From Candidatus Spongiisociaceae bacterium (lineage in GTDB: Bacteria; Actinomycetota; Acidimicrobiia; Spongiisociales; Spongiisociaceae): DNA of 64,000 bases. Made by a program: the position numbers and the translations under genes. Numbering within the stretch: position 1 is the stretch's first letter; each line of letters begins with the position of its first letter. The stretch covers positions 1,184,001 through 1,248,000 of the forward strand of contig CBDCOH010000002.1 in the NCBI GenBank assembly GCA_965219685.1. Reading direction: 5' to 3'. Below are positions 19,036-29,169 of this stretch, piece after piece. Under the pieces are notes generated by a model. It worked only from the letters and a program-made list of their open reading frames with translations. It did not search any database and was not told the origin of the DNA.

Positions 19036-20985
19036 CTAACGTTCCGTGTCCTCGCCGGCCTCCAGGGCGGTCACCGGCTCGCCCAGGAGGTACTGGAAGA
19101 TAGCCCGCGCTGCGGGGGCTGCGACCGCCCCGCCTGATCCTCCCTCGTCGACCATTACGACCACCACCCACAGCGGGTCGTCGATGGGCGCCACCCCTAT
19201 GAACCAGGCCGTGGAGTCGTGGAAGGTCCCGTCCTGGTCCGTGAAGGCCTGGGCGGTGCCGGTCTTGCCGCCGATCTGCCCGGCCACGGGTCCCATGTTG
19301 GCGAAGGCTCTCCGGGCCGTCCCGCCGCTGATCACGGAGGCCAGGTCGGTCCGCAGGTTCTCCACCGTGTCCGCATGAATGTCGACCGTGCGCAGCACGC
19401 GGGGCTCCATCGTGCGGATCACCTGGCCGTCTGCGGACTCGAGACGATCGGCTACCCGAGGCTGGTAGACGGTTCCGCCGTTCACAGCCGAGGCATACGC
19501 CACGGCCATCTGTATGGGTGTGGCGAGGATCGGCCCCTGGCCGACCACCAGGTTCATTAGGTCGCCCCCCAGCCAGCCCTCCCGGCGAACGCGCCAGGGC
19601 TGGCTCTCACGCCACTCCTCGAACAGTTGCCGGTCTCCCAGTATTCCTTCGTTCTCGAAGGGAAGGTCCACCTGGGTGGCCCTTCCCAGGCCGAGGCTCC
19701 GCGCCCAGTCCTGGACCATTCCCTCCTGTGGGGTGAGCTTGTAGGCGTCCCATATGGAGATGGCGATCTCCCAGAAGTAGATGTTGCAGGAACGCCGGAT
19801 CGCATCGTGGAGGTCCTGGTATCCGTCCGCTTCGGGGTAGGTCCAGTTGCGCCAGACGAGCTGGGAGCGATCGACGAAGTCGGCTTCGAGTTGGGGCGAA
19901 CACTGGATCGCCTCGTCGGGGGAGGACACTCCCTCGGGGAAGATCCCCTCTTCGAGAGCGGTCACGTACGTGATCGTCTTGAAGGTGGACGCCGGGGGCT
20001 TGAGACCCTGGATGACCAGGTTGTTGAAGGCTTGGCGGCTGGACAGCTCCTCGAATGTCTCGATGTCGATGCCTCCGACGAAGGACTCCGGTTCGAACGT
20101 CGGGTAAGACGCCATGGCGAGGATCGCCCCGGTCTTGACCTCCATCACCAAAGCCGCCGCTCTCTCCGCCGGCCCGGGTATACGCCCCGAGTCGGTGGGT
20201 TCCCGCTCGTCCTTCAGGGTGTTGGAAAGCTCGATGGCCTCGACGAGTATCCCCTCCACCGCCTCCTGGATGGGTATGTCGAGGGTCAGGCGCAGCGTCG
20301 CGCCCTGGAGCGCCTCCACGGGATCGCCAACCACGTCGAGGACGTCGCCCTGGGCGTTGATCCGGTAGGCGACCTTCCCGGGCGTGCCTTGGAGGAAGTC
20401 GTCGTACTCCCTCTCGACGCCCAGCTTCCCGATGGGCGTGTTGGCGTCCATCTGCGGGAGCCTTTCCAGGTCGGCGGCCGAGGGTAGCCCGATGTGGCCG
20501 AGAACGTGTCCCATCAGCTGCCCGCGCAGATACCCGCGGACCGGAAGTGCCTTCACGGTCACGCCGGGCAGGCTGCGACGTTGCTCCATCACCACGTACG
20601 CCGTGTCCGTGTCGACCAGGAACTCGGTCAGCAGAGCCACCTCTCCCGACCGGGCCCGTTCGACCTGGCCCCTCACCTCCACCGGTGACACGTCGAGGAT
20701 GGCCGCCAGTCTCTGGATGACGTCGTTCTCGACCTCGATCGGCAGCTCGGCCCGATCGACCTCCAGGACTAGTTGGGGGCGCGACGTGGCCAGCAGGATC
20801 CCGTTCGTGTCCACGATGTTGCCCCTGGGCGCGGCGATCGATTCGACCCGAACGATGTTCTGGTCGGCCTGGCGGGCCCATTCCGGTCCCACGGCCAGCT
20901 GGACGAACCAGAGCCTGATGAACAGGACCGTGAAACCTGCAGTGAACAGAACCGCCAGCAGCCCCACCCTCAGGGTCGGCTTCAT
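19036..20985 (-). CDS. mrdA: Penicillin-binding protein 2
   Basis: N-terminal TM, APRGNIVD, STFK, SCN, KTGT motifs; start at MKPTL assumed (ORF extends to 21027). Confidence 0.93.
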   Translation of the reverse strand: MKPTLRVGLLAVLFTAGFTVLFIRLWFVQLAVGPEWARQADQNIVRVESIAAPRGNIVDTNGILLATSRPQLVLEVDRAELPIEVENDVIQRLAAILDVSPVEVRGQVERARSGEVALLTEFLVDTDTAYVVMEQRRSLPGVTVKALPVRGYLRGQLMGHVLGHIGLPSAADLERLPQMDANTPIGKLGVEREYDDFLQGTPGKVAYRINAQGDVLDVVGDPVEALQGATLRLTLDIPIQEAVEGILVEAIELSNTLKDEREPTDSGRIPGPAERAAALVMEVKTGAILAMASYPTFEPESFVGGIDIETFEELSSRQAFNNLVIQGLKPPASTFKTITYVTALEEGIFPEGVSSPDEAIQCSPQLEADFVDRSQLVWRNWTYPEADGYQDLHDAIRRSCNIYFWEIAISIWDAYKLTPQEGMVQDWARSLGLGRATQVDLPFENEGILGDRQLFEEWRESQPWRVRREGWLGGDLMNLVVGQGPILATPIQMAVAYASAVNGGTVYQPRVADRLESADGQVIRTMEPRVLRTVDIHADTVENLRTDLASVISGGTARRAFANMGPVAGQIGGKTGTAQAFTDQDGTFHDSTAWFIGVAPIDDPLWVVVVMVDEGGSGGAVAAPAARAIFQYLLGEPVTALEAGEDTER

Positions 20986-21046
20986 CGGGTTCTCCGTGCT
21001 CGGCGAGTTCGATGCCGGACGCGGCAACAGCGGGGCCTTGGTCGTC

Positions 21047-21568
21047 TCATATCGGCGTTCCGGGCCGGGAGTACCTGGGCGCCAGGCGGGTTCCGTACAG
21101 CCAGGTGGTCATCGGGAGCACCGCGAGAGCCAGGACCGTGTTGTATGCCGGCACCAGCACCAAGGTCCTGACGATTCCCGGCGACGCCAGCGTGCCCTCG
21201 CCGAAGAGCGTACCGATCAGGGCCACGGTGGCGATCCCGATAAAGGTGATCCCGCCGACTGCCGAGACGGCGAAGTAGAGCCCGTAGTTGAAGCGGTCGC
21301 CCACCCTCACGGTTGCATAGGCTGCCAGCGTGTAGGCCAGGGCATGGAGTCCGAGTGGCGCGGTTCCGAACAGGTCGAGCATCAGGCCTCCGATGAAACC
21401 CAGCAGGACGGCCGCCTCCGGCTTCGACCAGTGCCCGCAGGCGATCACCATCAGCAGCAAGACGTCGGGACTCGCGCCGAACGGGCGCACCGCGCGGAAT
21501 ATGGTGGTCTGCACCAGCACGGCCACGAGCACGAGGGTCAGCGAGACGACCAGGCGCCATACGGTCAC
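21047..21568 (-). CDS. mreD: Rod shape-determining protein MreD
   Basis: Hydrophobic 173 aa, PDVLL, GFIGGLMLD; position in mre operon. Confidence 0.9.
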   Translation of the reverse strand: MTVWRLVVSLTLVLVAVLVQTTIFRAVRPFGASPDVLLLMVIACGHWSKPEAAVLLGFIGGLMLDLFGTAPLGLHALAYTLAAYATVRVGDRFNYGLYFAVSAVGGITFIGIATVALIGTLFGEGTLASPGIVRTLVLVPAYNTVLALAVLPMTTWLYGTRLAPRYSRPGTPI

Positions 21569-22572
21569 TGGCCGCCCTCCTCCTCGAGGCCGGTGGAGGG
21601 ATCCACCGGGACCGGGTCTTCCGTGTTGGCAGGAATCTCGGTCTCGCTCTCCAGCTGGTCCGGAGCGGGAGGCCAGGGGATCACCACCACGTACTCGACA
21701 TCCTCGATGTCGCCGATCGGGTCCACGTCGACGCTGAGGACGCCGGACCGGGGTGAAGCCGAGTCGGCAACCAGCCCCACGTCGAGACCCTTCGGATAGG
21801 AGACGGATTCGCCGTACGGGCCGAAGGTTGTGAGAAGCTCACCCTTGCGGACCGGGTACCGCGCATTGAGGATTGTCAGGGACAGGGCATCGGTGCCCTC
21901 GCCCTCCACTATCCCTCTCCGTCCGTTGGCCAGCCGGACCGTCACTCCTGGCGCTTTGCGCGATGTGATCGGGATCACCGTCGCGGTCTGCTCGCTCGCC
22001 TCGGAGACGACGCCTATCAGAGCACCCTTGCCGTCCAGTACCGGCTGGCCGGGGTGGACGCCGTCGTCGGTTCCCCGATCGATGAGCATGGTCGGGTCCA
22101 GCGTGCCTCCCCGACCGGTGACCTCAGCGTTCACCGCCAACTCGTGCAGGTTGTCCTCGAGACGCAGGCCGAGCAGCACGTTGAGCTGATCGACCTGGTC
22201 CTCGAGGTGTCCGACGCGAACCACCTCGCGCTCCAGTTCCCCGATACGGGTCCTGAGCCGTTCGTTCTCGTCGCGCAGGCCTGCAAGATTGGCGACCCCG
22301 TCGGTGAAGTCCACCAGCGGCGTCACCACCGCATTGGCCCCCGCCTGGACGGGAGCAACGATGTATTGCGCCGCGTTGCGCAGGGTGGTGCCGATCCCGC
22401 GGTTGGAGGACCGGATGTCGTACGTCATCAGTATCAGGGACACGATCAGCAGCCCGATCGCAACGTATGCCGATCGGTCGGTCTCGATCCGAGATGACCT
22501 TGGTCTGGCGATCGGGTGCCTGGAGGCGGCCGCGCCCATGCCCCGGCGTGCGGATCCGAACCGCGATCTCAC
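21565..22572 (-). CDS. mreC: Rod shape-determining protein MreC
   Basis: TM, coiled coil LRDENERLR, IDRGTDDGV, YPKGLDVG; true start may be ~22539. Confidence 0.9.
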   Translation of the reverse strand: MRSRFGSARRGMGAAASRHPIARPRSSRIETDRSAYVAIGLLIVSLILMTYDIRSSNRGIGTTLRNAAQYIVAPVQAGANAVVTPLVDFTDGVANLAGLRDENERLRTRIGELEREVVRVGHLEDQVDQLNVLLGLRLEDNLHELAVNAEVTGRGGTLDPTMLIDRGTDDGVHPGQPVLDGKGALIGVVSEASEQTATVIPITSRKAPGVTVRLANGRRGIVEGEGTDALSLTILNARYPVRKGELLTTFGPYGESVSYPKGLDVGLVADSASPRSGVLSVDVDPIGDIEDVEYVVVIPWPPAPDQLESETEIPANTEDPVPVDPSTGLEEEGGQ

Positions 22573-22665
22573 GGGTGCGGGCTGTGGATGTGCGGGGTCG
22601 ACCTGCGGCGGGGGGAGGTCCTGTGGATTCCGGGTAGCCGACGATGGCTACGGTCCGGCATCCCG

Positions 22666-23697
22666 TCAGGGACGACCCGACGAGTCGAGAACCGTGTGCA
22701 GCACGTCGTACTCCTCGAGACACTTCCCAGACCCGATCACGACGGACTGGAGCGGGCGTTCGGCGGTGCTCACCATCATCCCCGTCTCGAAGGCTATGCG
22801 GTGTGTCAGGGCCTTCAGCAGAGCGCCGCCCCCTGTGAGGACGATTCCGATGTCCATAAGATCCGCCGCCAACTCGGGGGGCGTGTTGTCGAGGGTCACC
22901 CGTACGGCATCGACTATCGCCGACACCGGCTCCTCGATCGCCGTGCGCACCTCGGAAGCACTGATGAGAATCGTCTTCGGCAGCCCGGACATGAGGTCCC
23001 GGCCACGTACCTCGGCGCTCGGCTCGTCCTGGAAGGGGTATGCCGAGCCGATGGTCATCTTGATCTGCTCGGCGGTCCGCAAGCCCAGCAGGAGGTTGTG
23101 TTCCTTCTTCACCCACTCGACGATCCGCTCGTCCATCTCGTCGCCGCCCACCCGGATGCTCTTCGACACGACGATGCCACCTAGCGCGATCACCGCGACC
23201 TCTGTGGTGCCTCCCCCGATATCGACCACCATCGACCCGATCGGTTCGTTGACGGGCAGCGCGCAGCCGATGGCAGCCGCCATCGGTTCGTCGACTGTGA
23301 AGGCCCTGCGCGCCCCGGCGTGATAGGCGGCCTCCTCGACCGCTCGCCGCTCGACTCCGGTGATACCCGAGGGTACGCAGATGACGATCCTCGGCTTCGC
23401 CCAGCGGCGCCTGTGTACCCGCTGGATGAAGTACCGCAGCATCCGCTCGGTGATGTCGAAGTCGGCGATCACCCCGTCGCGGAGAGGCCGGATCGCCTTC
23501 ACGTAGGAGGGGGTGCGGCCGATCATGCGCTTTGCATCCATCCCCACCGCCAAGGCCTCGTTGGTGTGGGTGTTGATCGCCACCACCGACGGCTCGTTCA
23601 GGACGACACCCCGGTTCCGTACGTACACGAGGGTGTTGGCGGTCCCGAGATCCACGGCCATGTCCTGGCCCGCGATAGTGAAGAAATTATCGGGCAT
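22666..23697 (-). CDS. mreB: Rod shape-determining protein MreB
   Basis: DLGTANT, EPSVVA, RPLRDGVIADF, VDIGGGTTE, LTGGGALL. Confidence 0.98.
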   Translation of the reverse strand: MPDNFFTIAGQDMAVDLGTANTLVYVRNRGVVLNEPSVVAINTHTNEALAVGMDAKRMIGRTPSYVKAIRPLRDGVIADFDITERMLRYFIQRVHRRRWAKPRIVICVPSGITGVERRAVEEAAYHAGARRAFTVDEPMAAAIGCALPVNEPIGSMVVDIGGGTTEVAVIALGGIVVSKSIRVGGDEMDERIVEWVKKEHNLLLGLRTAEQIKMTIGSAYPFQDEPSAEVRGRDLMSGLPKTILISASEVRTAIEEPVSAIVDAVRVTLDNTPPELAADLMDIGIVLTGGGALLKALTHRIAFETGMMVSTAERPLQSVVIGSGKCLEEYDVLHTVLDSSGRP

Positions 23698-23790
23698 ATC
23701 TAGACCCCGGGTAAGCGGTGCACGTTGATTCTAGCCGGTCCGCCGGCCTGACCCATCCGGGGAGAGACACTTATCCGCGGCGCTCACCGG

Positions 23791-24195
23791 CTAACCGAAC
23801 CATATCGCGAGTTCCCGCTCCGCGCTATCGGGGCTGTCCGACCCGTGCACGATGTTCTCCTGCACGTCGAGTCCGAAGTCGCCCCTGATCGTTCCGGGCG
23901 GTGCGTGGACCGGATCGGTGCTCCCGATCATGGTACGGGCGACCGTCACGGCCGACTCTCCCGACCACTGCATGGCGACCACCGGTCCGGAGGTGATGAA
24001 GTCGATGAGGCCAGTGTAGAACGACCTCTGCCGGTGCTCGGCGTAGTGGCGCTCAGCGATCTCCCCTCCGGGGACGGACAGCTCCATACGCTCGAGCGAC
24101 AGTCCCTTGGCCTCGAATCGTGCGATCACCTCCCCTACGAGACGGCGCCGGACGCCGTCCGGCTTGACCATTATGAAAGTGCTCTGGTGGGGCAT
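23791..24195 (-). CDS. ndk: Nucleoside-diphosphate kinase
   Basis: TFIMVKPDGV, PGTIRGDF, NIVHGSDS; RBS GGGAGG. Confidence 0.97.
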   Translation of the reverse strand: MPHQSTFIMVKPDGVRRRLVGEVIARFEAKGLSLERMELSVPGGEIAERHYAEHRQRSFYTGLIDFITSGPVVAMQWSGESAVTVARTMIGSTDPVHAPPGTIRGDFGLDVQENIVHGSDSPDSAERELAIWFG

Positions 24196-24517
24196 CCTCG
24201 GGCGTTCCTCCCTTTTCGGTCGGTGAGCGGTGCCGGTCGGCGAGCGTCTCCCCGGGGCGTTCACGCGAGCAACAGAAACCTGGGGTGCATTCTAGGAGGA
24301 CGCCGAAGGACTATCTATCGGGGGTCGCTGCTCGGTGAACCACCTGGTGTCAGCGCTGCCAGTTGCCCGCGAACCCCTCTCGCACGGGCTTTCAGCCGCT
24401 GGGGTGCCCCAAGTCCCTGGCCCGCTGTGCAACCGCAGCGCGGTAGACCATCGACCGGACACCCGACCGCTCGCAGCGCCGCGGGTACCGAGCGCTTCGT
24501 AACGAGGGGGTTGTCCG

Positions 24518-24708
24518 TGTCACGGTCACGCTGCATACTGGTGAGTAGCCGTAAACACCACCGGTCCGTTCACGGTACCGATCGGACCGGGGCGGGGATC
24601 ATCTTGTTGGGTGCCGGGGATGGCCGGGACGCGTGCGGAGACTTCGGAGGTGGCGGTCGGGGGCGGGCCCGCCGGAGGGGTCCGGTCGGGGGTTTTTCGC
24701 GTTCTCGG
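24518..24708 (+). repeat. Dispersed ~190-bp element, copy 2 (candidate sRNA unit: promoter, hairpins, terminator); weaker similarity extends ~24455-24778
   Basis: TGTCA(24518)-N11-CATACT(24534), hairpin CCGGTCCG/CGGACCGG, GGAGGTGGCGGTCGGGGG, hairpin plus TTTTT. Confidence 0.9.
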
Positions 24709-24891
24709 TTGCGCCGGGTTGCCTGGTGGGATGGCCGGTACGTCCCGGAAACCTGCAACGAGTCCAGGAACCAGGACACCCAGGAGGTGCCGGCGGAACC
24801 GTACGTGACTTACTCGTTCGCCGGGCGAACATTGTTGACCCGGCGTCCGGCACGAGGCAGCCGGCGGGATCCGCCCCTACGCCGCTCCCTC

Positions 24892-26214
24892 CTACCGTAC
24901 GAGACACGACCGGGCTTCACCGGCCACGTACAGCGAGCCGGCGACCAGGATGGCCTCGTCCTCCGCGGTCCAATCCCGCGCTATGTCCAAGGCCTGGGCC
25001 ACATCGGCGGCGGACGAGACCGGCACCCCGGGCAGCACGCGGTCGATGACGCTCACGAGCTCGTCGGGCCGGGTCGCCCGCTCGTGGTCGACGGCCGTGG
25101 CGATCACCTTGGCGGCGAGACCGGCGAAGGGGACCAGCATGGCGGTGATGTCCTTGTCGCGGAAGGCTCCGATCACCAGGGTCCATGCCACCGGGGGCAG
25201 TTCCTCGAGCAGCGTCCGGACAAGCGCCTGGCAGGACTCGGGGTTGTGCGCCCCGTCGATCACGACCAGAGGCGAGCGGGCCACCACTTCGATTCGGGCG
25301 GGCACGCGCACCGCGGCCAGACCCTCCTGGACAGCGTCCGGAGCGAGGGGTTGGCCCAGGAGTTGTTCGACCGCAGCCACTGCGATCGCCGCGTTGTCCA
25401 CCTGATGCCGCCCGTGCAGGGGCATGTAGAGATCCTCGTAATAGCCGTGCACACCGTCGAGGTCGAATGCCCAACCGCCGACCGACATGCGGAGGTCCTC
25501 GATACGGAAGTCACGTCCCAGCGAATACCGGGGCACACCCGTCGCTGCGGTCTTCCGGTCCGCGACCGCGGCCACCTTCCCGTCGAGATGCCCGGTCACG
25601 AGGACACTCCCCGGCTTGACAATCTCGAGTTTCTCACGCGCGATCTCCGCACGCGTGTTCCCCAGGTACTCGGCGTGATCGATCGAGACCCCGGTGAGCA
25701 CGGCCACGGCGGCGTCCAGGACGTTGGTGGCGTCGAGCCGGCCTCCCATGCCCACCTCCACAACTGCGGCATCGACCGCCTCGTTGGCGAAGTAGGCGAA
25801 GGCGGCCGCGGTGGTGAGCTCGAAATAGGTGGCGCGCTCCCCTCTCTCCCGCTCCAGGATGTCCACGAACGGTGCGACGTCGGCCACGGCCTGGGCGAAC
25901 TCTCCGGGGTTGGCGATCTCACCCCCGACGGTGAGGCGTTCCTCTATCCGTTGCAGGTGCGGCGAGGTGTAGGTCCCGGTCCTGAGGCCCAGGCGGTCCA
26001 CGATGGACGCAGCGGCGCGGGTGGTGGTCGTCTTGCCGTTTGTGCCGGCGACGTGGATGGCCGGATACCCCAGGTGGGGTGAACCCATGATCGCCACGAG
26101 ATGTCTTATGCGCTCCAGCCCAGGCTTCCATCCGAGCTCGATATGGCGATCCAGGAAGGCGACCGCCTCGTCGTAGTTCAAGCGACCATCACGGGAGGAC
26201 ATCGTAGTGGTCAA
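24892..26214 (-). CDS. folC: Folylpolyglutamate synthase/dihydrofolate synthase
   Basis: IHVAGTNGKTT, TSPHL, VEVGMGGRLDATNV, DGAHNP, GSLYVAGE; start approximate. Confidence 0.96.
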   Translation of the reverse strand: MTTTMSSRDGRLNYDEAVAFLDRHIELGWKPGLERIRHLVAIMGSPHLGYPAIHVAGTNGKTTTTRAAASIVDRLGLRTGTYTSPHLQRIEERLTVGGEIANPGEFAQAVADVAPFVDILERERGERATYFELTTAAAFAYFANEAVDAAVVEVGMGGRLDATNVLDAAVAVLTGVSIDHAEYLGNTRAEIAREKLEIVKPGSVLVTGHLDGKVAAVADRKTAATGVPRYSLGRDFRIEDLRMSVGGWAFDLDGVHGYYEDLYMPLHGRHQVDNAAIAVAAVEQLLGQPLAPDAVQEGLAAVRVPARIEVVARSPLVVIDGAHNPESCQALVRTLLEELPPVAWTLVIGAFRDKDITAMLVPFAGLAAKVIATAVDHERATRPDELVSVIDRVLPGVPVSSAADVAQALDIARDWTAEDEAILVAGSLYVAGEARSCLVR

Positions 26215-26494
26215 TTAGGTGCTAGGTGTTGGGTGTCAGGTGTTAGTAGCGGCTTGGCCGTGTGCCGTGTTGGTTCGGTGCGCTCTGCAGGTGTGGGTTG
26301 CCTGACTGCCCCGCCTTGGGTGCCGCTGGTCATGTGGCAGGCGGTCCGTCATCCTTGGTCGGGCATCCTTGGTGCTTTCAAGGGCACTCGATAACGACAG
26401 AGGCCCGTAATGACGACGGGCTCGCGTGGTCAGGTCCGCCCTTCACGATCCACCACTCACCATCCACCAATCACCAATCCCCATCCACCAACTA
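26208..26494. repeat. Degenerate heptamer tracts: G-rich (TAGGTGY-like) at 26208-26245 and C-rich (CACCAAT-like) at 26441-26494, flanking ~200 bp of unique DNA
   Basis: Read directly in the valS-folC gap; the C-rich tract starts at the valS stop. Confidence 0.7.
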
Positions 26495-29128
26495 CTCCGG
26501 CAACGAGTCCAACTGCTCGGCGAGCGCTTCCAGGGAATCGCGGGCCTCGGCGGCCTTCGCCTCTTCCTTGGCGACGATCTCGGCGGGGGCTCGCTCCCTG
26601 AAGGAGGGGTTCGAGAGCTTCCGCTCGGCCCTCTGCAGGGCCGACTCGACCTTCTCAACGCGGCCGGTGAGGCGGATCCGTTCCGCTTCGACGTCCACCA
26701 GGCCGGCCACGGGTATGTAGGCGTGTACGGCCCCGGCAACCACCCTCATGTGACCCCCGCCGCGGGGAGGTTCTCCGAGCGTGGGGGTGCTCGACGCGAG
26801 GGCCATCAGCTGGGGTTCCCACCAGTCCTCCCAGACACCGCCCTGGTCGTGAATGACGGGGGTGAGGTCACGGCGGGCGCCGAGACCGTGGGAGGCACGG
26901 AAGCGGCGGAGCCCCGAGACCAGTTCCTGAAGGTTGTCCATCCCCGGCGGCGCCGCGTAATGCGGGACCGCGGGCCAGGATGAGGTGATCAGAAGGGTGT
27001 CCCCCACCAGGTGGCTGTGGAGTTCCTCCGTGAGGAACGGAATCGCCGGATGGAAGAGCTTGAGCAGGTCGCGGAGCACCACGCCCAGTGTCCGGCGAGC
27101 GGCCCGAGCGTCGGATCCGCTATCTCCGAGCGTCGGCTTGGACATCTCGAGATACCAGTCGAACACCTCGGACCAGACGAACGAGTACAGCTTCGAGTAC
27201 GCGTCGGACAGGCGGTGGCGATTGAGGAGGGCATCGGTCTCGGCCGCGACCTCGCCGAGCCGGGCGAGGACCCACCGATCGACGGGTCCGGGCGCCTGCG
27301 GATAGCCGCCGGTCGCGGGGACACTCCCGCGCTCGATGTGGATGAGGGCAAACTTGACGGCGTTCCAGAGCTTGTTGCCGAAACGCCGCGCGGCGTCCAC
27401 CCATCTGACGTCGAAGGGGACGTCATGGCCGGGAGAAGCCGACTGCAGAAGGCTGAGACGCAAGGCGTCGGCGCCGTAGGAGTCGATCATCTCCATGGGG
27501 TCGACGATATTGTTGAGCGACTTCGACATCTTGCGACCGTCTGACGCCCGAACCAGTCCATGGATCACGATCTCCCGGAAGGGCACGTCGCCCACGAACT
27601 CGAGGCCCATCTTCAGCATGCGGGCCACCCAGAAGAAGATGATGTCGTAGCCCGTCACGAGCACGTCGGTCGGGTAGAAGCGGGCGAGGTCCGGGGAGTC
27701 GCCGGGCCACCCGAGCGTCGAGAAGGGCCATAGAGCGGAACTGAACCAGGTGTCGAGCACGTCCTCGTCGGCGCGTAAGTCCTCCGAACCGCACTCGGTG
27801 CAGCCCTGGGGCCGCTCCCTGGCCACCATCACGGCGCCGTCGAGGTCGCAGTACCAGGCGGGAATCCGATGACCCCACCAGAGTTGGCGGCTGATGCACC
27901 AGTCCTGCAGGTTCTCCATCCAGTGGAAGTAGTTCTTCTCCCAGCGCTTGGGGACGAAACGGCACTCGTCGCTGCGGACCGCATCCACAGCCGGACCGAT
28001 CAACTCGCCCACCCTGACGAACCACTGGCGCGACAGGAGGGGTTCGACGACGGCCCCGCTCCGCGAGCAGTGCCCGACCGTGTGGAGGTGCTTGTCGATC
28101 CGCTCCAGGTAGCCGCCCTGCCGGAGCGCTTCGACGACCTTCTCCCTGGCTTCGAACCGGTCCAGGCCGGCGAACCGCCCGGCGGCTTCGGTCATGCTGC
28201 CGGCGGGGCCGATCACCTCGACCGGCGGGAGTCCGGCTCTCATGGCGATCTCGAAGTCGAGCGGGTCGTGGGCGGGGGTTACCTTGACGGCTCCTGTACC
28301 GAAGGTCGGATCCACGGCCTCATCCGCCACGATCGGGATGTGGCGATCCATGAGAGGCAGCCGAACGCTCCGACCGACGAGGTGCCGGTAGCGCTCGTCG
28401 TGGGGGTGGACCGCCACCCCCGTGTCCCCCAGCATCGTCTCGGCACGGGTGGTGGCCACCGTTATGCCGTCGCGGGCGTCGGGGTCGGGGCTCGAGAAGG
28501 GATAGGTGATGTGAACCATCTGGCCTTCCACCTCCTCGTACTCGACCTCGATGTCGGAAATGGCTGTCATGAGTCCGGGCGACCAGTTGATGATCCGGTG
28601 GCCCCGGTAGATGAGGCCCTTCTCGTATAGAGCCACGAACACCTCGCGGACCGCGGCCGACAGGCCCTCGTCGAGGGTGAACCGTTCCCTGGTCCAATCG
28701 CATGAGTCTCCGAGGGCCCGCATCTGCTGGGTGATCGCGCCGCCGGAGCGGCGTTTCCACTGCCAGACCTGTTCGACGAACCCGGCCCGTCCCAGTTGGT
28801 GCCGGGTGAGCCCCTCGTCGGCCAGTTCGCGCTCCACGACCATCTGGGTGGCTATCCCGGCGTGGTCGGTCCCGGGCAGCCACAGCGCCGCGTATCCCTG
28901 CATGCGCTTGCGCCGGATGATTGCGTCCTGGATGGAGTGGTCGAGCGCATGTCCGATGTGCAACACCCCGGTCACGTTGGGAGGTGGGATCACGATGGCG
29001 AACGGCTCGCCGTCCGGGTTGACGTCCGGTTTGAAGGCGCCGGACCTCTCCCAGACCGGGTACCAGCGTGCCTCGACGAGCGCCGGGTCGTAACTTCCTG
29101 CGAGTGGACCGGTGGGGGCGGTCTCCAT
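26492..29128 (-). CDS. valS: Valine--tRNA ligase
   Basis: PPPNVTGVLHIGHA, PGTDHAGIATQ, WCISRQLWWGHRIP, KMSKS, C-terminal coiled coil. Confidence 0.98.
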   Translation of the reverse strand: METAPTGPLAGSYDPALVEARWYPVWERSGAFKPDVNPDGEPFAIVIPPPNVTGVLHIGHALDHSIQDAIIRRKRMQGYAALWLPGTDHAGIATQMVVERELADEGLTRHQLGRAGFVEQVWQWKRRSGGAITQQMRALGDSCDWTRERFTLDEGLSAAVREVFVALYEKGLIYRGHRIINWSPGLMTAISDIEVEYEEVEGQMVHITYPFSSPDPDARDGITVATTRAETMLGDTGVAVHPHDERYRHLVGRSVRLPLMDRHIPIVADEAVDPTFGTGAVKVTPAHDPLDFEIAMRAGLPPVEVIGPAGSMTEAAGRFAGLDRFEAREKVVEALRQGGYLERIDKHLHTVGHCSRSGAVVEPLLSRQWFVRVGELIGPAVDAVRSDECRFVPKRWEKNYFHWMENLQDWCISRQLWWGHRIPAWYCDLDGAVMVARERPQGCTECGSEDLRADEDVLDTWFSSALWPFSTLGWPGDSPDLARFYPTDVLVTGYDIIFFWVARMLKMGLEFVGDVPFREIVIHGLVRASDGRKMSKSLNNIVDPMEMIDSYGADALRLSLLQSASPGHDVPFDVRWVDAARRFGNKLWNAVKFALIHIERGSVPATGGYPQAPGPVDRWVLARLGEVAAETDALLNRHRLSDAYSKLYSFVWSEVFDWYLEMSKPTLGDSGSDARAARRTLGVVLRDLLKLFHPAIPFLTEELHSHLVGDTLLITSSWPAVPHYAAPPGMDNLQELVSGLRRFRASHGLGARRDLTPVIHDQGGVWEDWWEPQLMALASSTPTLGEPPRGGGHMRVVAGAVHAYIPVAGLVDVEAERIRLTGRVEKVESALQRAERKLSNPSFRERAPAEIVAKEEAKAAEARDSLEALAEQLDSLPE

Positions 29129-29169
29129 TTCGGCTCGTGCCAGATCCGGTTCAGGGCGAGAACCGGCCG

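Noticed and set aside
24810-24840. GTTCG...CGAAC as a LexA/SOS box
   Set aside because: Half-sites are in the wrong order and spacing for CGAAC-N4-GTTCG
24599-24907. ORFs overlapping the dispersed repeat copies
   Set aside because: Starts, stops and frames are not conserved among the three copies, and indels break the frame
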